64,000 bases of DNA from a virus: positions 1 through 64,000 of the IMG/VR virus record IMGVR_UViG_3300011115_000949; one strand, 5' to 3'. Numbering within the stretch: the first letter of the stretch is position 1; each line of letters opens with the position of its first letter. The position numbers and the translations under genes were made by a program. The notes below the pieces were generated by a model. It did not search any database and was not told the origin of the DNA. It was given only the letters and a program-made list of their open reading frames with translations. Positions 21,075-29,797 of the stretch are shown here, piece after piece.

Positions 21075-21701
21075 CTTTCCATTCTTTGCTATAGCATGTA
21101 AAAATTCTTCTCTAATCATGTTGTTAGGTTCCATAAACACACCACTAAATTTATTAGTAGTCATAGTTGATGTAGGGTGTTTAATACCACGATTTGAACA
21201 ACACATATGTTTAGATGCAATACTAACCGCTACTGATCCACATTCTAATTTTCTTGCTAGAAAATCATGTATTTGTTGTGTAAGTGATTCTTGCATCTGA
21301 GGACGACGAGCAAACCAATCTACAACACGATTTAATTTGGATAATCCTACTACTTTATCTTTAGGTACGTATGCTACTGAGGCATAACCTGTAAATGGTA
21401 AGTTGTGGTGAGCACAAAGTGATACCACAGGGATACCTGTTTGAATAACTACACCTGTATAATTTTCTTCATTTGGAAATACAGTCATAGATGGTTCATC
21501 AGATATAGATCCTATAACCAAATCTTTTAACCATGCTTTTGCTACACGGCGGGGTGTATCAATTGTTTGAGGATCCTGTGTATAATCGAATCCCATTGAC
21601 TTTAAAAAATTACCGTAATGTTTAGATGCGGTTTTAATCATCTTTTCTACCTCTTTAGGTGTGCGAGGTTGGTTTTCGTTTGCTTTGTTTATGTAATTCA
21701 T
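21066..21701 (-). CDS. folE: GTP cyclohydrolase I
   Basis: TPRRVAK, SLCAHHNLPF, GLSKLNR, RRPQMQE, HMC..RG. Confidence 0.95.
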   Translation of the reverse strand: MNYINKANENQPRTPKEVEKMIKTASKHYGNFLKSMGFDYTQDPQTIDTPRRVAKAWLKDLVIGSISDEPSMTVFPNEENYTGVVIQTGIPVVSLCAHHNLPFTGYASVAYVPKDKVVGLSKLNRVVDWFARRPQMQESLTQQIHDFLARKLECGSVAVSIASKHMCCSNRGIKHPTSTMTTNKFSGVFMEPNNMIREEFLHAIAKNGKEF

Positions 21702-21705
21702 ACTG

Positions 21706-21736
21706 TAAATGTAAAATTGTTTTTTCTATTCTTCAA
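21706..21736 (-). promoter_or_regulatory. Bacteroidota-type promoter for folE
   Basis: Sense TTG-N20-TACATTTA, 4 nt before the ATG. Confidence 0.6.
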
Positions 21737-22205
21737 GTGTAAATGGTAAATTTCGATTAAAGCCTTTAGAGTCATCTAAACCATAACCATATACAAAACT
21801 ACCCTCAGCTAATTCAATACCATAAATCAAATCGGGGTGATCTGATCCGATGCGTTTGAATAGTGCTACAGGAATAACTTTTTTAGGTTCATGTTTAGAT
21901 AAATGTTTGATTAGGTATTTTAATGTTTTACCTGAATCGTAAATATCATCTATTAGATATACTATTTTGTCTTTGATATCTATTTCAATATCTTTTGTTA
22001 ATTTAAGTTTACCCTGTCTAATTCCGTTATAGGATTTTACTCTGATAAAGTCTATTTTAGCTTCAACACAATCTATGTTTTTAATTAAGTCTGAAAAGAA
22101 CATAAATGCCCCATTCAATACACAAATAAAAACTGCGTGTTGTTGAAAACCTATTTCCTTAGAAATGTTTTTAATACTCTGTCCAAGCTGCTCCTGAGTC
22201 GTCAT
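21726..22205 (-). CDS. hpt: Hypoxanthine/guanine phosphoribosyltransferase-like protein
   Basis: VLNGAFMF, KSY loop, PRPP loop LIDDIYDSGKTL, FVYGYGLD...RNLP. Confidence 0.88.
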   Translation of the reverse strand: MTTQEQLGQSIKNISKEIGFQQHAVFICVLNGAFMFFSDLIKNIDCVEAKIDFIRVKSYNGIRQGKLKLTKDIEIDIKDKIVYLIDDIYDSGKTLKYLIKHLSKHEPKKVIPVALFKRIGSDHPDLIYGIELAEGSFVYGYGLDDSKGFNRNLPFTLEE

Positions 22206-22446
22206 TGTCGTTTATGTATTCTTCTATTGATCTTCCACCAGATAATTTTTCTAGTATTTCTTCGTTTTCACCTACTATAATCATTGTGGGTAAAAATTCA
22301 ATATCTAATTTATCAAAAATGTCACTGTTTTCTTCATTGTCTTCCATCCAAATAACGTTGTTAGTTTTTTCAAAACGTTTAATTAATGGTTTTATTTGTT
22401 GACATGCACCACAATGGCTACCATAAAAAAATATAAAGTTTTTCAT
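22171..22446 (-). CDS. Thioredoxin-like protein (start revised to MKNF at 22446)
   Basis: HCGAC active site, LPT cis-Pro motif. Confidence 0.8.
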   Translation of the reverse strand: MKNFIFFYGSHCGACQQIKPLIKRFEKTNNVIWMEDNEENSDIFDKLDIEFLPTMIIVGENEEILEKLSGGRSIEEYINDNDDSGAAWTEY

Positions 22447-22447
22447 A

Positions 22448-23230
22448 TTATACTCCTCGTTTAGTATCAAATGCGATTATGTGTTCACGACCTGTAAAAT
22501 TGTATCCGTTTTCAGTACAAAAATCAATTACCATAGGATAAACTCGAACTAATTCATCTCTGTTATCTCCTGGAGGCATGATCCATGTTTTGTTTTTAGG
22601 GATATTCATTTCAATTCTAAATGCTTCTATTTCATCCCATATTTCGGGCATTTCAATAGGGTTACAAACAGGTTTAAAATGGTAGTCTTTGTGGTATGCT
22701 AAAGATTGTTTGATTGCTTCTTTATTTAAACGAAGTTTTTCGTGTTGAAGAATCATATCTTCACCTACAACAGAACCCTTAGGTGTAAGTATACCTAATT
22801 CAGGAATTGAATTTGAAAATTTAGGAGATAAAGATATTAAATCAATAGGATAATCTGTTTCAATAAAATGACTACCCTCAGTTTCAATTGTAATTACAAT
22901 GCCTCGTTCGTGAGCAAAGTGTGTTAATTCGTTTACTAGGTTAGGGTGCATTGTTGGACTACCACCTGTTAACATCATTTCTTTAATATCAGGTCTTTCA
23001 TCATACATTTTAATAATGTCATTAAATGAAAATCCTCCCTTTTCAGGGTGTATACTTGTGTACCAAGAATCACACCATCCACCTTCACCAAACCAGCACC
23101 TGTGAGTACAACCAGTTGTACGAATAGCTACTGTTGGGAATCCGTTACGAGATCCTTCACTCTGAACACAATAGTAGAGTTCTACAATTGGTAATTTTTT
23201 GTCGTAATCAGTTAGACGATTTGGTTTCAT
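22448..23230 (-). CDS. queE: 7-carboxy-7-deazaguanine synthase (radical SAM)
   Basis: VQSEG..G.P...IRT.GC, WCDS, LTGGSP, IETEG, SLSPK; que-cluster context. Confidence 0.9.
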   Translation of the reverse strand: MKPNRLTDYDKKLPIVELYYCVQSEGSRNGFPTVAIRTTGCTHRCWFGEGGWCDSWYTSIHPEKGGFSFNDIIKMYDERPDIKEMMLTGGSPTMHPNLVNELTHFAHERGIVITIETEGSHFIETDYPIDLISLSPKFSNSIPELGILTPKGSVVGEDMILQHEKLRLNKEAIKQSLAYHKDYHFKPVCNPIEMPEIWDEIEAFRIEMNIPKNKTWIMPPGDNRDELVRVYPMVIDFCTENGYNFTGREHIIAFDTKRGV

Positions 23231-23280
23231 AACAATAATTTATTTTAATATTTCCGAATGTGGTAGTGTATGTCCAATAA

Positions 23281-23742
23281 TTATTCTCCATAGCTAGCAC
23301 TATTTCTTTCATGTTCATATACTTCTACTTTAGTAGCTTTAACTCTACCTTCAGTTTCTACTTTTAAAAAGTCATTAATAATTTTATACAAGTATTGAGC
23401 AAAACGTTCACACCCTGTAGCATCTAAAATTCGTAATTGAATTATACCATCTTCATCCATTTGTTTAAAGTGAGGTAAATATGGATCATCTTGAGCAACA
23501 ATTGTAGTATGATCTAAAAGATATGTAAAATAGTCTTTTGGGGACATACCTGCAATTTGAGTTTTAGCACGTTTCATACCTCCAAAATCCCAAACCCAAT
23601 TACGTTCATCAAGTTCACCTTCAAACCATACTCTAAATGATACAGCATAACCATGTAAAAACTTACAATGAGTACTTTCTGCTTTCCATTGACGGAAACA
23701 TGTACTGAATCCGTCAAATAATTTTGTTGATTGAAATTTCAT
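23281..23742 (-). CDS. queD: 6-carboxytetrahydropterin synthase-like (start revised to MKFQ at 23742)
   Basis: HCKFLHGY, WVWDFG, LDH, GCERFA, VYEHERNSA; ATGA-coupled to upstream small ORF. Confidence 0.85.
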   Translation of the reverse strand: MKFQSTKLFDGFSTCFRQWKAESTHCKFLHGYAVSFRVWFEGELDERNWVWDFGGMKRAKTQIAGMSPKDYFTYLLDHTTIVAQDDPYLPHFKQMDEDGIIQLRILDATGCERFAQYLYKIINDFLKVETEGRVKATKVEVYEHERNSASYGE

Positions 23743-23894
23743 ACTAATTCTTCTAATATTCCTATTGATTCGCTTAATGCAAGAACTATAACTGCTCCCC
23801 ATATGTTAAATGGTAACAATATATATCCCATAATACGAATTCCAGATTTAATTAAACTAACAATTAAATGTTTTTTGGGATCTGGGTGTTGCAT
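23739..23894 (-). CDS. 51-aa hydrophobic protein inside the que cluster
   Basis: Not in track; MQHPDPKKHLIVSLIKSGIRIMGYILLPFNIWGAVIVLALSESIGILEELV; stop overlaps queD ATG. Confidence 0.7.
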   Translation of the reverse strand: MQHPDPKKHLIVSLIKSGIRIMGYILLPFNIWGAVIVLALSESIGILEELV

Positions 23895-23895
23895 A

Positions 23896-24147
23896 TTATC
23901 CTATTATTAATTCTTTAACTTTATTTTCAGGTTGAGAACCTACTAAACGTTTAATTTCGTTTCCGTTTTCTAATACAATTAAAGTGGGAACACTTTTAAC
24001 ATTGTATTGTTCTACTAAACTAACGTCATAATCAGTGTCAATATTTGCTAATTTAACACCAACTTGTTTGGATACAGATTCAACAACCGGTTTAAACGAT
24101 TGACATGCTGTACACCACTTTGCAGTAAAAAAGATTACTTGTTTCAT
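23896..24147 (-). CDS. Thioredoxin
   Basis: FTAKWCTAC, VKSVPT, KRLVG. Confidence 0.9.
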   Translation of the reverse strand: MKQVIFFTAKWCTACQSFKPVVESVSKQVGVKLANIDTDYDVSLVEQYNVKSVPTLIVLENGNEIKRLVGSQPENKVKELIIG

Positions 24148-24148
24148 A

Positions 24149-25051
24149 TTATTTATTTTTATGTTGTTCTAATATTCTATTTGTATGTTCTACTACTATT
24201 TCCCAACTAACGGGTCCTGTTTCGTTTGCATATTCTACTGGATCAGGACGACCTAGTTTTATAAATGCTTCTATACGTTCTACTGATGATGCTGATTTGT
24301 AATCTGAGTACCATTTGTAGTATCCTTGATTTATTAGTCCAACATTCTTTATTGTACCTCCATCATTAGGACCTACTTCAATACAAATTGGTTTGTATGA
24401 TGTGTTAGTACGTTTGTATACTTCATCAAAATCAACACCTAATGTTTCACAACATTTTAAACCATCTTCTAAAATAGAAAATTTATTTCCTTCCATATAT
24501 GGAGCATAAAAATCTACCTTTTCACTATTCCAATTTCCAATTTTAAAAGCATGTAAATCTGCTTGTCTAAATTCTTCAGTTGTGTCGGGGTAAATAGTAT
24601 GGTCACCACTATGCAGACCTAAAGCTATAATACATTCAGTATTCTTTTGTTCAGCAATTGATAAAGCTACTGCTTGAATAATAGAACTAAATATTTTATT
24701 ACGATTAGGTACTACTGTAGCTTTCATATTTTCTTCAGCGTAGTGACCTTCAGGAACTTCATCCCCACCTGTTACAAGTGCTGAATTAAGTAATTGGCTC
24801 AATCCATCAAGTTTAATTACTTGGTAAGTGATTGGGAAATATTTACCAAATTCATCCCCTCTGTGATTTGATTCACTATAATTACTATTCAAATAATTAA
24901 CTAATTCTTTAGCACGTTCTAATTCTACATTATGTTTTTGACCATAATCAAATGATAATGCTGTAACTTCATAGCCGTTGGCAAGTAGATGAAGCAATAA
25001 TGTGGAGCTGTCCATTCCTCCACTTAATGATAATACTGCTTGTTTGTTCAT
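24149..25051 (-). CDS. queC: 7-cyano-7-deazaguanine synthase, lacking the zinc cysteines
   Basis: SGGMDS PP-loop, FDYGQKH, TVVPNRN, GDH.IYPD. Confidence 0.92.
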   Translation of the reverse strand: MNKQAVLSLSGGMDSSTLLLHLLANGYEVTALSFDYGQKHNVELERAKELVNYLNSNYSESNHRGDEFGKYFPITYQVIKLDGLSQLLNSALVTGGDEVPEGHYAEENMKATVVPNRNKIFSSIIQAVALSIAEQKNTECIIALGLHSGDHTIYPDTTEEFRQADLHAFKIGNWNSEKVDFYAPYMEGNKFSILEDGLKCCETLGVDFDEVYKRTNTSYKPICIEVGPNDGGTIKNVGLINQGYYKWYSDYKSASSVERIEAFIKLGRPDPVEYANETGPVSWEIVVEHTNRILEQHKNK

Positions 25052-25052
25052 A

Positions 25053-25268
25053 TTATAATGGAAAATTGTCTATTGGTAATGAATTAAAATATTCCTGTAG
25101 GAATGATTTTTTATACAGGATAACTTTACCTGTATATTTTCGATTTGAGATATCTCTCAATTGGTACGGTTGGCTTCGAAGCTTACATGCTTCAAATACT
25201 TCTTTACCTAGGGTTGTACCTGCGGGTTTTCCTAGGTAGTCAAATAGTGATAAAAATTCTTCGTTCAT
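25053..25268 (-). CDS. Hypothetical protein (start revised to MNEEF at 25268)
   Basis: ATG lies 4 nt after a TTG-N20-TACATTTA promoter (25273-25303). Confidence 0.6.
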   Translation of the reverse strand: MNEEFLSLFDYLGKPAGTTLGKEVFEACKLRSQPYQLRDISNRKYTGKVILYKKSFLQEYFNSLPIDNFPL

Positions 25269-25281
25269 ATTGTAAATGTAA

Positions 25282-26097
25282 TTAATTTTCTTTTGGAGGC
25301 CAATTTTCATGTAAAAAGGCGTGGTTTATTTGTCTAAATTTTAAAATATTGTTGCTTAATCTTCCTTCTGTAAGATATTCTTTATGCATTACCTCGTCTA
25401 TTTTTACTGTAGGTTTATGTTTTAAACCATACATGTTGTAATGCGTTCCCTCAACTGTTGCCATGATTGGGTTAGACGTATCAATTGATTCAATGAAATG
25501 CATCCCATAATACCAGTTAAATTCTTGAGGTAAAGCACAACCTAATAAATGTACTCTATCAAATTTACTTATAATTCCTATGCTATGCATTTTGGTTATG
25601 GTTTGAATACGACCTAATGCTTTACCAAAATTAGGATTTGGATGAGGACATACGTCATTGTAATAAGATGCTCCATAACTGAATGCTATCTTTTTGTATC
25701 CTAAATCTTTGTATGTTTGATAACATTCTACTGCTTCATAGTAAGAAGCAGCTTGGACTACAGCTACTTTAGTTACTCCTTCAGGTAATTCTATTTTAGA
25801 CCATTCACGAGCATTTACTATTGATCTTGTTTTATCTTCCCAAACATCCGGGACAATAAATTCGTTTGGTTTTAATTCGTTAATCCAATACATCAAACGT
25901 TTAGTATCATAGGCGGTACCTAACTCGTGTAATGAGTTATCCATTATGATATAACGTCCTAATGCTTTAGATTTGTAGAAAAAATGTTTGTATTGTTCCT
26001 CTTTATCTAATAAATGAGGTAAACAATAATCGTAATCGTTAAATTCTATGCTTTTATTTAATAAAGCTAAAGGAACTTCATGTGAAACTTTTGTCAT
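25282..26097 (-). CDS. Divergent tRNA-guanine transglycosylase-fold protein (DpdA-like base-exchange enzyme)
   Basis: TGT-order motifs IMDNS, IVPD, VVQ, HLLG, SIDTS; heads the que cluster. Confidence 0.7.
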   Translation of the reverse strand: MTKVSHEVPLALLNKSIEFNDYDYCLPHLLDKEEQYKHFFYKSKALGRYIIMDNSLHELGTAYDTKRLMYWINELKPNEFIVPDVWEDKTRSIVNAREWSKIELPEGVTKVAVVQAASYYEAVECYQTYKDLGYKKIAFSYGASYYNDVCPHPNPNFGKALGRIQTITKMHSIGIISKFDRVHLLGCALPQEFNWYYGMHFIESIDTSNPIMATVEGTHYNMYGLKHKPTVKIDEVMHKEYLTEGRLSNNILKFRQINHAFLHENWPPKEN

Positions 26098-26111
26098 AAC
26101 TGTGTTTATAA

Positions 26112-26142
26112 TAAATATAATAACTTTGACTTGAAAGCCAAA
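26112..26142 (-). promoter_or_regulatory. Bacteroidota-type promoter heading the deazaguanine cluster
   Basis: Sense TTTG-N19-TATATTTA. Confidence 0.65.
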
Positions 26143-26144
26143 TT

Positions 26145-27155
26145 TTAGTTGTAAGTTATAGTATCATCATCTCTTTTTCTTCTAAAAATAGGAGGAACAA
26201 ATGAAAATGATTCTGTTGGGGGTGGGATAGGTTTTTCTTCTGGTTGACGAAGTGTAGTAACATCAGGAGGCAATGTTGGGTTTGGTCGTTCATTGTATAT
26301 AGGTTCTTCCTGAGGTACCACGTCAATAGGTTTTTCATTGTACATAGCTAGCTGCTCTGGTTTTCTGAGTTGAGCAAAAGCAAAGTTTGCTGCTATTACC
26401 AATGCAATAGCTAAAGGGTCAAATACAAATATAATGATTAATAAAAACCAATTAATAATTTTATCCATTGGATAACCAGTTAGTTTAGCAATGTATTTTA
26501 AAGGACCTAACTCGCCTGCTAATTCAGCGTTTGATTCTTTTTCTAATTTTTGTTCAGATAAAACAGCTATAGTAGAATCTAAAGTATTAATTTTGTTAGA
26601 TAATTTTTCTTCATCTTTAAGAGCATATTCAAGTTGTTTTTCATATGCTTTTCTATTTGCTGAAGACGTAGTGGTTAGGATATTTCCTTGTTTATCTTTA
26701 TATGTTTGGTTATTGTTTCCTAATGCTGAGCGAAGTTGAGATATACTTTGTTTTGTTTGTTGAAGTTGATCTGCTGTGAATGTTTTATCTTCAGTTTTAA
26801 GTTTAATTTTATTATCTATTAAAGCAATTTCTTTATCTACAACACCCGATTTATTTGCTGTATCTTGATAACCACTACTTAAGTAGCCATAAATACCTGC
26901 TGAGGTAATGACCATTAAAATTATAAGTGCTAGTGTTAGATAGAATCGTAATGCTATCCCTACTTTTTTCCAATATTGATAAAGTAAAGATGCTACTACT
27001 AGTTTAGCTACTTCAAGTGAAGATGCCATCCATATAACTGCTGTTTCTACACCTGCAAATAATTTTGCTAAACCAGTAACACTATAAAAGGCAGCTGCTG
27101 CACTAATAGACAGTGCAGACAGTGCTATAAATGTTGGTAATAAGTATTTTTTCAT
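26145..27155 (-). CDS. Membrane protein with coiled-coil region
   Basis: Three N-terminal TM helices, coiled coil, GPLKY, TM IFVFDPLAI, Pro-rich tail. Confidence 0.7.
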   Translation of the reverse strand: MKKYLLPTFIALSALSISAAAAFYSVTGLAKLFAGVETAVIWMASSLEVAKLVVASLLYQYWKKVGIALRFYLTLALIILMVITSAGIYGYLSSGYQDTANKSGVVDKEIALIDNKIKLKTEDKTFTADQLQQTKQSISQLRSALGNNNQTYKDKQGNILTTTSSANRKAYEKQLEYALKDEEKLSNKINTLDSTIAVLSEQKLEKESNAELAGELGPLKYIAKLTGYPMDKIINWFLLIIIFVFDPLAIALVIAANFAFAQLRKPEQLAMYNEKPIDVVPQEEPIYNERPNPTLPPDVTTLRQPEEKPIPPPTESFSFVPPIFRRKRDDDTITYN

Positions 27156-27161
27156 TTATTG

Positions 27162-28055
27162 TTAGGATAAAGCAGTTTTTACTGTATCTGTAAAATCTTT
27201 AAAGTCATCATCATCTGCTAACATAAATTTATATTTATCTGCTTCTTGTTTTGAGTATTTAAAATCCTCTCCTTCTTCACCATAATATACCCCATAAGTA
27301 AAATTAGTATATGGATCTTTATATTCACTTTCTTTTTCACCAGTTGATCCTTTAGAAACATATACTTTTAAATTGGAAAATATATCACGCATTGTTCCTC
27401 CATAAAACATTTTATCTGCATCAGCATCAAAATCCATATTAACACCCATGTCTTGCATTTTATTAGTATATTTGTCTCCTCCACTTTTAGTAGTTCTTTC
27501 AAAATCTTGCATACCTTGATATTCACTCCATAAAGCCCACATTAATTCAGGTTCAGTTTTTACACCTTCATCTAATCCCATGTCCCTTAATTGACTATTA
27601 CTTTGAACATAATAAATATTAAAAGGTAATATAACTGTATCTGGGTTATTTGATTTGGGTTGGTTAATTGGAGTTGATTTGCTTTCTATTACTTTAACAT
27701 CCCCGTCAGGAAGAAATGTGATAGTATATTCAAAATCATAATCTTTAGAAGGAGGAATAGTACTCCATTTATCTCTATTAGTAAAAAACCATTTTGAATA
27801 ATCAGGATCCATTTTTCCAAAATGTTTAACAAATATTTCAGATTGAAGAATTTGATTTTGTTCATCATTAATAGATTGAGGAATTTGATTCGTTTTAAAT
27901 TTAATTTTTCCTACAGGTTTATTATACACAGTTTGTTTAATAAAATTCGGAGCTATTTTAGAATCATCAGAATAAAAAGGACCTTTAGTTTGATTCTCAG
28001 TTAGTACCTTATTTATTTCCTCTTTAATAATTTGTTTGAGTTGAGATTTTTTCAT
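27162..28055 (-). CDS. Hypothetical protein with MKxSxLxQxIxEE N-terminus (possible internal head protein)
   Basis: MKKSQLKQIIKEEINKVLTE; late-type motif at 28067-28074. Confidence 0.65.
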   Translation of the reverse strand: MKKSQLKQIIKEEINKVLTENQTKGPFYSDDSKIAPNFIKQTVYNKPVGKIKFKTNQIPQSINDEQNQILQSEIFVKHFGKMDPDYSKWFFTNRDKWSTIPPSKDYDFEYTITFLPDGDVKVIESKSTPINQPKSNNPDTVILPFNIYYVQSNSQLRDMGLDEGVKTEPELMWALWSEYQGMQDFERTTKSGGDKYTNKMQDMGVNMDFDADADKMFYGGTMRDIFSNLKVYVSKGSTGEKESEYKDPYTNFTYGVYYGEEGEDFKYSKQEADKYKFMLADDDDFKDFTDTVKTALS

Positions 28056-28075
28056 GTTATTTTATGATAAATATA

Positions 28076-29797
28076 TTAACCCTCACATGAAATGCACTCT
28101 GATAAACGTTGCAAATTATCGCCACGCAATACACTTTCAGTACGAAGATAATATAATGTTTTAATACCTTGCTTCCATGCTTCCTTATGTACCTGACTAA
28201 TCCACTTTGGTGTGTCATTAGGGTCAAAACATAAGTTTAATGAAATTGCTTGGTCAACGTATTTTTGTCTGATACCATTTTGTTTTACAATTTCTAATTG
28301 ATTAATTTCTTTAAATGTTAAAAATACTTCTTTTTCTTCATCTGAAAGAATATAATTAGGTAATCCATAAACAGAACCTTGATCTTTTAAAATTTGTTCC
28401 CAAACGCTATCAATGTTGTATCCTTTTTTCTCAAGTAATTCTTCTAGTATTTTATTTCGTTTAATAAAAACACCTTTTGCTGTTTTTAAATTATAAACGT
28501 TTGCAGGAATAGGTTCGATTGAAGGCGATACACCACCTGAAATGTGAGCGTTTGATACTGTAGGTGCAGGTGCTAAATGGTGGGTATGTCTTAAACCTGT
28601 ACCTTTACACCATTCAGGTTCGCCGTATAATTCTGCTTGTGCTTTAGATGCTTTTAAAGTTTCTTTTTCAATAAATTCAAACATTAATCTTGTATAAGCA
28701 TTTGCTTGAATACCCACAAATGGGATTCCTTTTGATTGTAAAAACGTATGCCAACCTAAAACACCTAACCCAATTGCTCTACCTTTAATAGCTGAGCGAA
28801 CTGTGTTTTCCATGAATTTAATGTTTTTAGCTCTATCTATAAATTCTTGAAGTACACCTTCTAGGAACCAACATGATAATTCAGGTAATGTCATTCCATT
28901 TTCAAATTTATATTCTTTCCATTCATCCCAACGAGCTAAGTTAAGTGAAGATAAACAACAAATAAATGAATGTAATTCATCTGTGTACAAAGCAATTTCA
29001 GTACAAATGTTAGTCATTGATACATGTAAATTGTTGTTTTTGTATGCTTGAGGACTTGCATTGTTAACATTGTCTTCAAACATAATATAGGGTTCACCTG
29101 TTTCAAGACGTGTTTTTAATATTTCACCCCACAATTTTAATGCTTTAGGATCTTTTTCTTCAAGTTTATTCATGAAAACATCATCTACAACTACACACTG
29201 GTGTAAGTTAAGACATTGACGGTTAACATCTCCTTTAGGACGACGGATACCTAAAAATTCTTCAATATCAGGATGGTGAATGCTTAAATTAACTGAAGCT
29301 GCTCCTCTACGTACTGAACCTTGGTTAGTAGCTAAAATAGTTGAATCATATATTTTACACCAAGGAACTACACCTTCAGATACACCATTGTCTCTAATTG
29401 CTTTTCCTCTTCCACGAATACGAGATACACCAATTCCTACTCCACCACCTTGAGATGATAGACGCATTAGTTCTGAGTTTGCATCTGCGATGCCTTCAAT
29501 ACTATCACCTACATCAATTCCAAAACATGAAATAGGCATTCCACGTTCAGTTCCCATGTTTGATAAAACAGGAGAAGCTAAACATAACCAGTTTTTAACT
29601 ATTGCTTCATAGAAAAACGGTTGTAAATCTTTTCTTCTTAAGCGGCGAGCAGCAAATTTGCTTACTCGTTTATAAGCATCAAAAACATCTTCATCAGGTA
29701 GTAAATACCCTTTTGAAATCATACTTACTGCGATGTCATCCATCCATTCAGGATATGACTTTCCTTTAATCCAATTTGTTGTGTCTACTGTGCTCAT
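28076..29797 (-). CDS. nrdA: Class I ribonucleotide reductase alpha subunit, no ATP cone (start revised to 29797)
   Basis: SPVLSN, ISCF, GGGVG, TNICTEI, APTVS, KTLYY, C-terminal CISCEG; ATGA-coupled to nrdB. Confidence 0.95.
   Translation of the reverse strand: MSTVDTTNWIKGKSYPEWMDDIAVSMISKGYLLPDEDVFDAYKRVSKFAARRLRRKDLQPFFYEAIVKNWLCLASPVLSNMGTERGMPISCFGIDVGDSIEGIADANSELMRLSSQGGGVGIGVSRIRGRGKAIRDNGVSEGVVPWCKIYDSTILATNQGSVRRGAASVNLSIHHPDIEEFLGIRRPKGDVNRQCLNLHQCVVVDDVFMNKLEEKDPKALKLWGEILKTRLETGEPYIMFEDNVNNASPQAYKNNNLHVSMTNICTEIALYTDELHSFICCLSSLNLARWDEWKEYKFENGMTLPELSCWFLEGVLQEFIDRAKNIKFMENTVRSAIKGRAIGLGVLGWHTFLQSKGIPFVGIQANAYTRLMFEFIEKETLKASKAQAELYGEPEWCKGTGLRHTHHLAPAPTVSNAHISGGVSPSIEPIPANVYNLKTAKGVFIKRNKILEELLEKKGYNIDSVWEQILKDQGSVYGLPNYILSDEEKEVFLTFKEINQLEIVKQNGIRQKYVDQAISLNLCFDPNDTPKWISQVHKEAWKQGIKTLYYLRTESVLRGDNLQRLSECISCEG

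Noticed and set aside
23231-23280. Gap between queD and queE as a preQ1 riboswitch
   Set aside because: No convincing P1 stem or preQ1-I consensus; only an A/T-rich translation leader.
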